Part shown: positions 1 to 10,320 of the stretch, piece by piece | How the letters are laid out: each line of letters starts with the position of its first letter | Numbering within the stretch: the first letter of the stretch is position 1 | Virus record (IMG/VR): IMGVR_UViG_3300035698_027145 | Coordinates: 828 to 64,827 of that record | DNA length: 64,000 nucleotides | Reading direction: 5' to 3' (one strand) | Origin: a virus | Taxonomy: Duplodnaviria; Caudoviricetes | Made by a program: the position numbers and the translations under genes | Notes under the pieces: generated by a model | Database searches by the model: none | What the model was told of the DNA's origin: nothing | Seen by the model: only the letters and a program-made list of their open reading frames with translations

Positions 1-96
1 TCGATGGCTCCTAGAGCAGCTTTTGAAGAAGTTGATAGTCTTGATAAAACTGATCGTGGAGAAGGTGGTTTTGGTAGTACAGGACAGGGAGTGTAA
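1..96 (+). CDS. dut: dUTPase, C-terminal fragment (cut by window edge)
   Basis: Frame 1 reads SMAPRAAFEEVDSLDKTDRGEGGFGSTGQGV*; RGxGGFGSTG is motif V of trimeric dUTPases. Confidence 0.92.
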   Translation, partial: SMAPRAAFEEVDSLDKTDRGEGGFGSTGQGV

Positions 97-176
97 GGGG
101 TTTTGGATTTTAATAGAGGAATTTAGATTATTTCTCCTAATTATATAAGTATTAGATATAAAATTAGGAGATAAAT

Positions 177-860
177 ATATATTCAGAAGTTAAAATAGAT
201 ATTAAAAAAACAAAATGTTCGTATGGACATGATCCTTCGTCTTTATCTTATGGATCTCAAAAAAAAATAGTTGTTGAATGTTTAAATTGCCATAGAGTTA
301 TGACGAGGGAATATAGATATCGAGATAGCAAACATTCATGTCCTGTTCTAAAAGGTAATGAAAAGAGATGTTTTAAATGTGAAGAATTTAAAGATTTAAG
401 CTTATTTAATAAAAACCCAAAAGGGACTGGAGGAGTTGCTAAAATGTGTAGAGAATGTTATAATTCTCATCCTTCTGTTCAAAAATGTGAGCTAGATAGA
501 AGAATAAAAATAAGAGATTCATTAGAGAAGGATGTTGGATATTATATAAAAAGAAGAGAATATTCTATAAAATATAACTCTAAGAGAAAAGGGGTTCCGT
601 ATAATTTAGATTTTGATTTCTTATTAAATTTATGGGAAAAGCAAAAAGGAGAATGCTATTATACAGGTATTAAAATGGATAGGAAGACAAAGATACATAA
701 ATACCAGGCATGGGACGCTCCCTCTCTAGATAGAAAAGACCCAGGCAAGGGGTATATCAGGGAAAATGTAGTTTGGTGCATATCTTCTGTTAATTCGTTT
801 AAACAAACTTTGACAGAAGAAGAATTTAAAGAGAAGATTAAAAAAATTCAATGGTGGTAG
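177..860 (+). CDS. HNH-family homing endonuclease with N-terminal Zn fingers (start probably ATA at 177; ORF track uses 300)
   Basis: CxxC pairs, QKGECYYTG...PSLDRKDP.KGY..ENVVWC...VNSFK endonuclease motif; frame is open from 168 and AGGAG (166-170) lies 6 nt before the in-frame ATA. Confidence 0.8.
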   Translation: MYSEVKIDIKKTKCSYGHDPSSLSYGSQKKIVVECLNCHRVMTREYRYRDSKHSCPVLKGNEKRCFKCEEFKDLSLFNKNPKGTGGVAKMCRECYNSHPSVQKCELDRRIKIRDSLEKDVGYYIKRREYSIKYNSKRKGVPYNLDFDFLLNLWEKQKGECYYTGIKMDRKTKIHKYQAWDAPSLDRKDPGKGYIRENVVWCISSVNSFKQTLTEEEFKEKIKKIQWW

Positions 861-902
861 TAGTTAAAATATAATTTTACGTTTATTCGTAATCTCTCCC
901 CT

Positions 903-936
903 AAGCCCGTAGTATTAATTTACTATGGGCTTTTTT
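903..936 (+). terminator. Intrinsic terminator
   Basis: AAGCCCGTAGTA / TACTATGGGCTT stem followed by a T run. Confidence 0.8.
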
Positions 937-1003
937 AAAGGACTTTCCGATATAAAAGTAGAATATGTAATAGTAAAGGTTTTTATAAGAGAACTTAAAA
1001 CAG

Positions 1004-2761
1004 ATGGCTAATAGAATTAAAATAGGTGTTGTAAGTGATCCTCACATTAGAGGGGTCGATGGTTATGGTTCTAGGGTAGTATATCACACGAAACCAGGTT
1101 TTAGGGTTTTTCCATTTCCTGACGAATCGGTTAGAAAAGCTGTAGAACAATTTAATACTGATGAGGTTCATCTAATGGTTATAAATGGAGACATAGTTCA
1201 AGATAATGATATTGAGGTGAGAAAATTGGCTTTTGCAGAATTAAGAGATATAATACAAGGACAAGGAAATCCCTCTTATGATTCTTTAAATGCTGATTTT
1301 TTATATACGATAGGGCATCATGATGTTGGAAGTGCTAGCTGGCAACTAGAAGATTGGGAATTGGTTTTTGACGAAGAAGATGGCTTGCAGTCTCTTATCC
1401 CTACGGGAGATAATGCTCCTCAAAATTGGTGGTGGAAAATAAAAACTACAGAAACAGAGGATTTAAATCCTCACCCATTAGCGTATACAGTTGATCATAC
1501 TTCAGGATTTAGATTGATTTTTTTAGCTGCGAGTTTTTCGGCATGTTATCTTACCGATACAGGAGAGTACTGGGATGATAATAATCCATCTCAAACAATA
1601 ATAGGGACTCAATTAGAATGGATAGAACAAGTTGCTTTTAATACTACTCTACCAACAATAGTTTTTACCCATTCTCCAATTGTTAGTTATGGTAGCCCAG
1701 GGAAGAATAGTGGAGGATCGGTAAATAATCCTGGAGAGGTCGATGAAACCGCAAGAATACAGATAATGGATATATTTGACAGACAAGAAATTTCTCCAGT
1801 AGTTTTTCAAGGGCACCTTCATGTCGATGATAGTAAATTTATGTGGAATGGAGTTACGTACATAAGTTTAAGAGGGGACCTTTGGGGAGCAAATAGTACC
1901 GACCGAGATAGATATTCTCATATAGTGGCAGATATAACTTACCCTGCTTATGTTCTTGATGATGATTCTTGGGTAACTGACCCGTCTAATAATCCTCTAC
2001 ACAACCCATCAGCAGGAAAAGCTTTTACACATGTTAACGTACAAGGCTATGGCTATGACACAGACTATGATTCAGGAATATTATTAAATCGATGGATATT
2101 GAACGAAGCTGACGGAGAAACAGATATTATAGATGAAGCAGGCAGAAGCGATGGTGTCTCTACTATTCCAGTTGCTTCTGTTATAGCTCCTATCGGTAGT
2201 GGTCTTTATTTTGATGGGACACAAATGATTAAAGGCACTGATCTATTGGCTTTAAATTTTCCTATATCTATGTCAATATGGTTTAAGGCAGGGTCGTCTG
2301 TCTCCACTTCACATTTGGTGGGGTATACTGATGGAGTCTATTCTAATTATTTCGCGTTAGAGTTAAAGGTGGGAGGATATCCCAGGATGGTAACTAGAGA
2401 GTTAGGTTTGAAAAATTCACCAGAGAGCGTTAATACTTTTAATGATGAAAAATGGCATAACGTGGTAGGAGTATGGGCATCTAATACTGAAAGAAATTTA
2501 TATGTAGATGGAAAATTTGAAGCGACCCATAGTTCTGACTGGCCTATTCCCTCATCTTTTGATCATTGGTCTATAGGGAGAAAAGACGCGGCTACAGATA
2601 GGCCATTTACTGGGTCATTAAACGATGCAAGAATATATTCAGGGATATTAACAGATAGAGAGATAAAGAGAATGTATAATCAAGGTTTTAAAAGTTGGCA
2701 AGATCATGTTTCTCCAATTCCTATATATAGGGTCGGAACGAATGGAGGAATAGATGGCTAA
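1004..2761 (+). CDS. Calcineurin-like metallophosphoesterase fused to LamG/ConA-like domain
   Basis: SDPH, NGDIV, GHHD, THSP, GHLH metal motifs; C-terminal WHNVVGVW...LYVDG...FTGSLNDARIY LamG signature. Confidence 0.85.
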   Translation: MANRIKIGVVSDPHIRGVDGYGSRVVYHTKPGFRVFPFPDESVRKAVEQFNTDEVHLMVINGDIVQDNDIEVRKLAFAELRDIIQGQGNPSYDSLNADFLYTIGHHDVGSASWQLEDWELVFDEEDGLQSLIPTGDNAPQNWWWKIKTTETEDLNPHPLAYTVDHTSGFRLIFLAASFSACYLTDTGEYWDDNNPSQTIIGTQLEWIEQVAFNTTLPTIVFTHSPIVSYGSPGKNSGGSVNNPGEVDETARIQIMDIFDRQEISPVVFQGHLHVDDSKFMWNGVTYISLRGDLWGANSTDRDRYSHIVADITYPAYVLDDDSWVTDPSNNPLHNPSAGKAFTHVNVQGYGYDTDYDSGILLNRWILNEADGETDIIDEAGRSDGVSTIPVASVIAPIGSGLYFDGTQMIKGTDLLALNFPISMSIWFKAGSSVSTSHLVGYTDGVYSNYFALELKVGGYPRMVTRELGLKNSPESVNTFNDEKWHNVVGVWASNTERNLYVDGKFEATHSSDWPIPSSFDHWSIGRKDAATDRPFTGSLNDARIYSGILTDREIKRMYNQGFKSWQDHVSPIPIYRVGTNGGIDG

Positions 2762-4544
2762 AATAAGAATAGGAGAATTTAGCGATTGTCATTTTAATGT
2801 TGACGATTTTACAAACAGTAGAAGGCAGATTTATTACGATTCACCAGGTTGGAGACTTTTTTCTCCTGGACTTGCAGAAATATCTGTAGCCTTGGCGGTA
2901 ACTACTTTTAATGAATATGCTGTTAATATCGCTGTGTGTAATGGGGATATTATAGACTCTATAGGTAATGCGTATATTGGATTAGAACCATCTCTCCAGA
3001 CAGATGCAATGAGGGTCGCTCTTCAAAGGTACGTTGAGACAATACAGAATCCAAATAATCCATTGAATTGCGATATTTTTTATACAATGGGTCACCACGA
3101 TATTAATAGTAATTTTGGTACAAAGTTGGAAAATTATAATATTTTCTTTGAAGAAATGGAGCCTATAATCCCGATAGGACCTAATGCCCCTCAGAATCCT
3201 TGCTGGCCTTCAAGTGAAGGAGGCAATGACGCAGGAGAAGGCGCCTCTGTCAGTTATACTATTGATCACTCTACAGGTTTTAGGTTGGTATTTATTCATA
3301 CAGCTTATTCTTCTGGAACCTTAAATACTGTTTCGAGCTGGTATGATTCTGAGAATCCTTCTCAAATCGATTCAGGAATATTACTAGATTGGATATTAAC
3401 AGTTGGGCTCGACACAGACCTTCCAGTTATAATATTCTCACATACTCCTATTGTTAGTGAAACCATGAGCCAATGGAGCCTAACAGGGAATATCGGTGGT
3501 CAACTTGCCCGTGCCGAGCTTTCAGCTTTTATGGAGGCTATGCCTATTTGCCCAATTATATTTCAAGGACACCTCCATAATGATGACAGTAAGATAGTTA
3601 TTAATGGAGTTCAATATTTAAATATACGAGGAGACCTACATGGTCATGATGAATTTAATGATGACGATAGGTATTCTCATATAGTAGCAGATATAACTTA
3701 TCCTGCTTATGTTTTATATGACGAATCATGGATAGATGACCCTTCTCTTGTTATTTCTAATCCATCAGCGGGAAAAGCCTTTATTCATACTTCTTTAAAA
3801 GGTTTTGGTTATGCAAGAGACTATGATTCGGGAATACTTTTAAATCATTGGAAATTAGATGAGGCAGATGGAGAGACAGTTATTATAGACGAAACAGGAA
3901 GAAGTAATGGAACGGCTCTTAATCCTGTTGTATCGGTTCCAGCCTTAAACGACTCAGGTATTTATTTTGATGGAACTCAATATATAGTTGGAGACGATAT
4001 CCTTATTCAGGACTACCCCTTCACAATGTCTATATGGTTTAAAGTTAGTCATGATCCAGGCACTCATATGCATATGGTGGGATATAATTATACAGGGACT
4101 AGTTATTATTTTATTGGGCTAGAAATGAGTACTCTCGGATGGGTGAGAATGGTAACAGCTAATTCTCCTGAATCAGGGTCAACTCCAAATAGTGGGGTTT
4201 TATATAATGATGGAAAATGGCATATGGCAACTGGAGTTTGGAAGTCTGAAACTGAAAGATATTTATATGTTGATGGAGTTTTAAAAGAAACTGAAATTGG
4301 GGTAACTAAGACTTTAGCTACAAATTTAGACAATTGGACTATTGGTAAAAAAACAACCGATGGGTCAACTTATCACAGACCATTTACAGGTACTTTAAAC
4401 GATGCAAGAATATATTCAGGGATCTTAACAGATAGAGAAATAAAAAGAATGTATATGGCGGGAAAAAGAAAGTGGGGAAACAATGTAGGAGGAGGAAGTC
4501 CTCTTATACCACATAAAACAGGAATGTCAGGAGGCATAAGTTAA
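2754..4544 (+). CDS. Metallophosphoesterase-LamG protein, tandem paralog
   Basis: SDCH, NGDIID, GHHD, GHLH; LamG tail; shares blocks such as DRYSHIVADITYPAYVL with the upstream gene. Confidence 0.85.
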   Translation: MAKIRIGEFSDCHFNVDDFTNSRRQIYYDSPGWRLFSPGLAEISVALAVTTFNEYAVNIAVCNGDIIDSIGNAYIGLEPSLQTDAMRVALQRYVETIQNPNNPLNCDIFYTMGHHDINSNFGTKLENYNIFFEEMEPIIPIGPNAPQNPCWPSSEGGNDAGEGASVSYTIDHSTGFRLVFIHTAYSSGTLNTVSSWYDSENPSQIDSGILLDWILTVGLDTDLPVIIFSHTPIVSETMSQWSLTGNIGGQLARAELSAFMEAMPICPIIFQGHLHNDDSKIVINGVQYLNIRGDLHGHDEFNDDDRYSHIVADITYPAYVLYDESWIDDPSLVISNPSAGKAFIHTSLKGFGYARDYDSGILLNHWKLDEADGETVIIDETGRSNGTALNPVVSVPALNDSGIYFDGTQYIVGDDILIQDYPFTMSIWFKVSHDPGTHMHMVGYNYTGTSYYFIGLEMSTLGWVRMVTANSPESGSTPNSGVLYNDGKWHMATGVWKSETERYLYVDGVLKETEIGVTKTLATNLDNWTIGKKTTDGSTYHRPFTGTLNDARIYSGILTDREIKRMYMAGKRKWGNNVGGGSPLIPHKTGMSGGIS

Positions 4545-4546
4545 TT

Positions 4547-5149
4547 ATGAAATTACAATTAGCAAAGGATAGTGCAAGTATAACAGTAAATATTTTTATA
4601 CAAGACGCGTTAGCAAGCGATGGTAGCGGGTATACAGGTTTACAGGTTCTATTAGCACCTGTAGATGTAATAGCTTATTATGTTAAGCCCCAAAGTGCCC
4701 CTGTTCCAATTGCTTTAGTCCCAAATACAAACATAGGTCCGTGGCTATCAGGGGGGTTTGTGGAAGTAGATGCTGTTAATATGGCAGGGGTATATAGGAT
4801 AGACATACCTGACGCTGCCTTTTCCACAGCCGCAGGTAAAGATAGTTCGGTTGTTATTATGCTATATGGAAATACAGGGATAACTATAGTTCCTACTTTA
4901 TTAGAAATACAATTAGAAAGTGTAACCACAAAACTTGCCTCGGATGGACTTGACGATGTAAGTGTAGTAGAGCCTTCGGGTAGGGCGGTAACGTTTAGAG
5001 ACATGATGGTTGCTACATGGATGAGATGGTATAATAAGGTAGATAAAACTTCTTCTCAGATTAGAGTTTATGATAAAGATGGAAGTGCTGTCACGACTCA
5101 GACTCATACTCAATCAAGCGCAACAACAGCAGTAAATAAAGCTAATTAA
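4547..5149 (+). CDS. Putative virion structural protein
   Basis: Beta-rich Ala/Val/Thr/Ser composition, GGFVEVDAVNMAGVYRIDIPDAAF segment; structural-gene context. Confidence 0.5.
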   Translation: MKLQLAKDSASITVNIFIQDALASDGSGYTGLQVLLAPVDVIAYYVKPQSAPVPIALVPNTNIGPWLSGGFVEVDAVNMAGVYRIDIPDAAFSTAAGKDSSVVIMLYGNTGITIVPTLLEIQLESVTTKLASDGLDDVSVVEPSGRAVTFRDMMVATWMRWYNKVDKTSSQIRVYDKDGSAVTTQTHTQSSATTAVNKAN

Positions 5150-5166
5150 TATAGAAAGACATAAGT

Positions 5167-7110
5167 TTGGCAATAACAAAAGATAATTTTGTGGTGGTAT
5201 ACGTTTGGGGCAATTTAGATAGTGAAGATTTAGCTAACTATTATATAAATGCTCATGGCATGACTACGCTCAATAACGATCCATCAGCGAATAGCGGAAT
5301 TACATCTAATAATATATATTGGCAAGTAGATGGACAAAAAATAGGCATACAAACTAGACTTACATCAGAAAATTTAACAGAACAAGAATTTTTAGAAAAC
5401 ATAGAAGAACCTTTATTAGAAGCTTTAAATACGCAAGAGTTGATTAATAGAAATGTATGGGGAATCGTTTTAGGATATAAGATTCCTGGTGGATACTATA
5501 GCGGAGAAAACCCAAGTGGAATAGAGAGCGATAGGGTGTATTCTGCAACTTCTAGGATATCAAGAATAAAACATACTTTTTCAGAAAAGACGCGAAATCC
5601 AGTATTTGGTAGACAAGTTTTTAAAAGATTTAATTCGGTTGATGCTGAGAATCTTTTAATAGTATCTAGAATAGATGGGCCAAATATTCAATTCGCTAAA
5701 AGTATAATTGATAAAGCAACTGTTCTAAATAAGCAAATATCTGCTAATGGTATTTTTTATCTTGATCCTTATTCTGATAGAGCGACTACGGGTGCTGCTG
5801 ATTACACTGAGTTATTGCAAACATTTGAAACAGATATGCTTCCTACTCTTAATCTAAAACAGTGGATTACAACATTTCAAGATCCATACATAGATTCTAC
5901 TATTCCTTTTGTAGAAGGAGATTCTTTTGTTTGGTCGTGGTTCTCTGATAGAGCTACAACAAATTTCTTCCAGAATAGCAATGCTTTAAGAATATTCTTT
6001 TATAATGCAGATTACGATGGAGGGTTTGAAGTAACAGAAGAAACAGGCAAGAGATGGCCTTATCTGGCTTTAGATGCTGGCTATGTTGCTACAGCAGGCG
6101 CTACGTCTGATCCTACTATTGCAGGATTTTTAGATCCTAATTCTTTTTATTATTCTTTATTGAGAGGAGCATCTATAGGAGAGGCATTTTATTTTAGTTG
6201 TCCTCATTTAGATTGGACAGTAACTTTATTTGGAGATCCTTTAACAATTTGTTCTTTTCCAGGGGTAGAAATAGAGCCAGAAGAAGTTATAAATGAGCAT
6301 GTGGTATGGGATATAATGTCAAAAGATCTAGCAAGATCGGCAGCTAATTTGTATAAGCAAGAATTAGAACTAAGAGATGCCGCTTATGAGATAGTAGATT
6401 TAACTAGTGATGGAAGTGAGGAAGGGTTAGATATTACAGACATATTGCTTTTAGCTCCTCCTTTTGAAGATCTTTTAGGATCATCTACTGGTGATGCTTC
6501 TATTATTTTATTATATCCAGCAAATGATTTATATATTATTAATCAAGCTTGGAGAGGAGAGTTGAAACCTCTTGTAAATAAATTATTTGATTTTCCTACT
6601 TTTAGATATACAGCAGGAGATCAGGCTATTCAATCTCCTCTTCTTAATGCTTATTTAGAAGAGCAAGGGTTTAGGATTAGTAGGCTATTATCTAATATAA
6701 CTTCTGAAGCAAAGCCTATCGAGGAAGATAATTTATATCCTGAGGGATGGTGGGATCTTGAGTTTACTCTTCAGGATGATAATCCAAATGAATTTACAAA
6801 TTATCATTTCTTCTTAGATGTTTATAGTGATGAAGAATTGACTAATCTCTTAATACACAAAGATAGCTTAGGAGTAAATAGTTGGTCATATGAGAAGGAT
6901 AAAGAAACGTTTGTTAATTTAACGTTTAGCGGAGTTTCGTCTAGTTATATAGATAGAAAGGTTAGATATGAAAGTAGATTTGATTCTCTTATAGGAATAG
7001 ACGAATATCTAACTAGAGGCGAAACATACTACTTCGTGGTTAGGCAATATAATTTAGAAACTCTTCAGGTTTACGATGAAAGAGTTTTTGCAAATATAAT
7101 TTACACATAG
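5167..7110 (+). CDS. TIGR03790-like protein with C-terminal extension
   Basis: VVVY...SEDLANYY, LIVSRIDG, GATSDP...GASIGEAFY...LDW...LFGDPL match my recollection of the TIGR03790 family; TTG start. Confidence 0.6.
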   Translation: MAITKDNFVVVYVWGNLDSEDLANYYINAHGMTTLNNDPSANSGITSNNIYWQVDGQKIGIQTRLTSENLTEQEFLENIEEPLLEALNTQELINRNVWGIVLGYKIPGGYYSGENPSGIESDRVYSATSRISRIKHTFSEKTRNPVFGRQVFKRFNSVDAENLLIVSRIDGPNIQFAKSIIDKATVLNKQISANGIFYLDPYSDRATTGAADYTELLQTFETDMLPTLNLKQWITTFQDPYIDSTIPFVEGDSFVWSWFSDRATTNFFQNSNALRIFFYNADYDGGFEVTEETGKRWPYLALDAGYVATAGATSDPTIAGFLDPNSFYYSLLRGASIGEAFYFSCPHLDWTVTLFGDPLTICSFPGVEIEPEEVINEHVVWDIMSKDLARSAANLYKQELELRDAAYEIVDLTSDGSEEGLDITDILLLAPPFEDLLGSSTGDASIILLYPANDLYIINQAWRGELKPLVNKLFDFPTFRYTAGDQAIQSPLLNAYLEEQGFRISRLLSNITSEAKPIEEDNLYPEGWWDLEFTLQDDNPNEFTNYHFFLDVYSDEELTNLLIHKDSLGVNSWSYEKDKETFVNLTFSGVSSSYIDRKVRYESRFDSLIGIDEYLTRGETYYFVVRQYNLETLQVYDERVFANIIYT

Positions 7111-7119
7111 AAAGATATA

Positions 7120-7497
7120 ATGAGATTAGAAGATATATATAAAACATTAACAGATCTTATAGATAGCGTTTTGGTCAGGGGAGATGATATTGTTTCTTTT
7201 GTGGACAAAATGGAAGTTGATCTTAATAACTCAGAAATAGATTCTGAAGATATTAATAAATTAAGATTAGAAAACCAAATCTTAGAGACATCTAATGTTT
7301 TAACTAAAAGACATAATTCGTATACGACACAGATGTTAAAATTTGCAGGTGTGTTACAAAGATATGTTGATCAAAATTATGAATCAGTTAATGATTTTCT
7401 TAGAAATAATGATATTAAAGTAAAAGTCGCATTTGCTTCTTTGTCTGAAGAGGTAGGTTTTCCTATTGATCCAGGCAATATAGAAGATGTGTCGTAG
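7120..7497 (+). CDS. Hypothetical protein
   Basis: 125 aa helical ORF tightly packed between structural genes. Confidence 0.7.
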   Translation: MRLEDIYKTLTDLIDSVLVRGDDIVSFVDKMEVDLNNSEIDSEDINKLRLENQILETSNVLTKRHNSYTTQMLKFAGVLQRYVDQNYESVNDFLRNNDIKVKVAFASLSEEVGFPIDPGNIEDVS

Positions 7498-7508
7498 GGA
7501 GAAAAGAA

Positions 7509-9437
7509 ATGGCAAAACAAAAACAACAACAATCAATAGGAGATTTGATTAGTGAGATACAATCAGATTTAGCAGAGAGCACAAAAAGAGAAATTCCAGA
7601 CATTGTTACATTTGTAGAATCGGCAGAATGGTTAGGATTAAAAGAAAGAACAAATAATCCTATTAAATTATTCCCAATGCAAAAAATAATGTTGAAAACA
7701 TTTTATAGAGGAACTATTGGAAATGAAGATTTAAATCTAACAGATTTAGAATTGCAAATGCTCGAAGATATTGGGTTGGACAATGATGATAGAGGTAATG
7801 TAATTGACAAGTATCACAATGGTGAGTTATTTAGAGAGTTAGTTTTAGTATGGGGTAGACGATCAGGAAAAGACTTTATCGTTTCTATTATAGCTTTATA
7901 TGAGGCTATGAAACTATTAGAGTGTGAGGGAGGAGATCCTTATGCCATGTATGGTCTTTCTTCTGCAACACCTATTAATATTCTTACAGTGGCTAACTCT
8001 AAGGCTCAGTCTAATATCGCTTTTTCTGAGATTAGAGAAAAATTATTATATAGCCCTTATTTTAAAGACAAATATACTAAGGAAGGTATTTCTGCTGGAT
8101 CTGTTTATCTTCAGACTCCTCAGGATAAAAAAGATAATAAAGAATTTAAAGCCAAAGGACTGCCTCAGAAAAAAGGATCTATTGGAATTATAGTTGGTCA
8201 CAGTAACTCTGACTCACTGCTTGGTATGGGTTGTATTGTTCTTATTCTTGATGAGGTTGCGTCTTATAAGACAACAGGTGGATCGTCATCTGGTGATCGT
8301 ATCTATGCGGCTCTTACTCCTACCGTCCAAACATATGTAAGACAAGTTTATGCAAAAGATGAAAATGGAGAATTTGTATTAAACGAGCATGGTCAGAAAG
8401 TTACTCAGAGAAGAATATATGATGGAAAAATAATTAGTATATCATCTCCAAGAGCTAAAGAAGGAAAGTTCTACGAACTATTTGAGAAATCTCCTACTGT
8501 TCCTACTCGTTTGTCAATGAGAGTTCCGACTTGGAATATTAACCCTAAGCATACAAGAGATTCTTTGAGGTCTGATAATAATACGATGTCAGAAACTGAA
8601 TTTAATATGGAGTTCGGTGCTGACTTTAGCGGAACAGGTCTTGAAAGTATGTTCACAGAAGAACAGATCAAGCCATGTTTCTATGGTCATAATTTGCAGA
8701 ATGTAGCGATGGGATCTCCTGGCAAAGTTTATTTTGCACATTTAGATCCTGCTACATCTAGTCATAATTATGCTTTAGTTATTCTTCATAAAGAATATTT
8801 TTTAAATCACACGACAAGGAAAGCTGATTTTAGAATAGTAGTCGATCATATAAAAATTTGGCAACCTATTAATGGAGCTATTAATCCTAATGAGGTTATG
8901 GCATATGTAATTGGGTTAAGAAGAAGGTTCCATCTTGGACTAATTACATATGATGCTTTTACTTCTCAGGAAAGTATTTTAAAAATGAGAAAAGCTGGAA
9001 TACCTAATAAAGAAACAAAATTCTTACCAACTTTTAAATTTACTATTTATAAGGAACTGGAAAATCTTATAAATACAGGAAGGCTTTTCATACCTTATGA
9101 TGCTTTGTTGTATCAAGAAATGATAGAGCTTCAAAGGAAGTTTACACCGACTGGGTTTAAAGTTCTCCCTAAGAGTGATGGAGATGGTTGTAAGAGTGAT
9201 GATATTGTCGATTGTTTAGCAGGGGCTTGTTATCAGGCTGTTGAAAAGCAAATGAGTAAGTTACCACATGCCAAATTAGCAAATTTAGGCAATCCTAGTG
9301 GAAATAATACGGTGTGGAGAAACATGCAGGGTGGAGTATATGGAGTAGGATCTGGGGGTCAGGTAGCAAAGTCATTAGAAAATAGATCACGAGCTTATGC
9401 TAATCTTAATAATTTTGGCAGAAGAGGTGGAAGATAA
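7509..9437 (+). CDS. terL: Terminase large subunit
   Basis: Walker A WGRRSGKD, Walker B LILDEVA, ISSP coupling motif, nuclease HLDPA and DDIVDCLA. Confidence 0.95.
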   Translation: MAKQKQQQSIGDLISEIQSDLAESTKREIPDIVTFVESAEWLGLKERTNNPIKLFPMQKIMLKTFYRGTIGNEDLNLTDLELQMLEDIGLDNDDRGNVIDKYHNGELFRELVLVWGRRSGKDFIVSIIALYEAMKLLECEGGDPYAMYGLSSATPINILTVANSKAQSNIAFSEIREKLLYSPYFKDKYTKEGISAGSVYLQTPQDKKDNKEFKAKGLPQKKGSIGIIVGHSNSDSLLGMGCIVLILDEVASYKTTGGSSSGDRIYAALTPTVQTYVRQVYAKDENGEFVLNEHGQKVTQRRIYDGKIISISSPRAKEGKFYELFEKSPTVPTRLSMRVPTWNINPKHTRDSLRSDNNTMSETEFNMEFGADFSGTGLESMFTEEQIKPCFYGHNLQNVAMGSPGKVYFAHLDPATSSHNYALVILHKEYFLNHTTRKADFRIVVDHIKIWQPINGAINPNEVMAYVIGLRRRFHLGLITYDAFTSQESILKMRKAGIPNKETKFLPTFKFTIYKELENLINTGRLFIPYDALLYQEMIELQRKFTPTGFKVLPKSDGDGCKSDDIVDCLAGACYQAVEKQMSKLPHAKLANLGNPSGNNTVWRNMQGGVYGVGSGGQVAKSLENRSRAYANLNNFGRRGGR

Positions 9438-9504
9438 AAAAAGGATTTATAGTAGCAATTTGTAATATAGAAATAACTTTAAATATAACTTGAGGATTAA
9501 AATA

Positions 9505-10320
9505 ATGAAAAAAACATTTAATTTAAAAAAGATGGCAGCATCAGGTGATTATGTTATCGGAGATAAAAGTCTAGAGGAAAACAGAGAGAAGATGGGCTTA
9601 TCTAACGATCAGCAAGGAGTTGTAGGAAAAAATATTAATCTTAGCTTGCCAGTCAAGAATAAAGATAATACTGTTCCTTTTAATGCTCAGTTAGATAAAG
9701 AACGAAAGAATGCTACAGCAGAGCCTTCTATAACAGAAGATCATATGGACAAAAAAGAAGTAGATTTTAAGTCTAAAGATAAGAAGCAAGTTATGGATAT
9801 CAATGTAGAATCTCAGAAACTTGATGATGCTAAGACTGAAGCATATAAAAAAGCAGCAGGCGAAAAAGATACAGCATTCTGGGATAAGTATGTAGGAGTT
9901 CAATTAGAAGGCGAAGGACAGCCTACTAAGGTTAAAGATAATATTCCTGCTTCTTCAAGTCAATTGCAAAACAATCCTGAAAGATTTAAAGGTGAAAAAG
10001 TTGATAAAATGGTAATGGCATCGATTAAGGATGCTGATGCTATGTTATTCCATATTTATGCAAGTGCATCTAAAGCAAACAGAGAACTTACTGCTAATGA
10101 GAATCAGCAGATCACGGATATTAGTGCTGGAAAAATGAGAATTTTATCACAGATGGTAGAGCCTTTTAAAAGATGTTTAGAGCATGGTGGTAAGAGTCAA
10201 GATACTACTGCTAAACAGCAGGGTGGAAGAGTGGTTATCTTTGATAATGGAGAACCTATTGACGAGTTTAAAAGTTGTGAAGAGGCTATGCAGAATTATC
10301 CAGAAAGCGATATTGAATAA
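9505..10320 (+). CDS. Putative internal head protein (FNLKK leader)
   Basis: GAGGA SD before ATG 9505; begins MKKTFNLKKMAAS; follows a promoter-family copy. Confidence 0.65.
   Translation: MKKTFNLKKMAASGDYVIGDKSLEENREKMGLSNDQQGVVGKNINLSLPVKNKDNTVPFNAQLDKERKNATAEPSITEDHMDKKEVDFKSKDKKQVMDINVESQKLDDAKTEAYKKAAGEKDTAFWDKYVGVQLEGEGQPTKVKDNIPASSSQLQNNPERFKGEKVDKMVMASIKDADAMLFHIYASASKANRELTANENQQITDISAGKMRILSQMVEPFKRCLEHGGKSQDTTAKQQGGRVVIFDNGEPIDEFKSCEEAMQNYPESDIE

Noticed and set aside
96-122. Additional copy of the late promoter before the HNH gene
   Set aside because: The -35 reads AGGGG and the spacing is ambiguous, so it was not counted.
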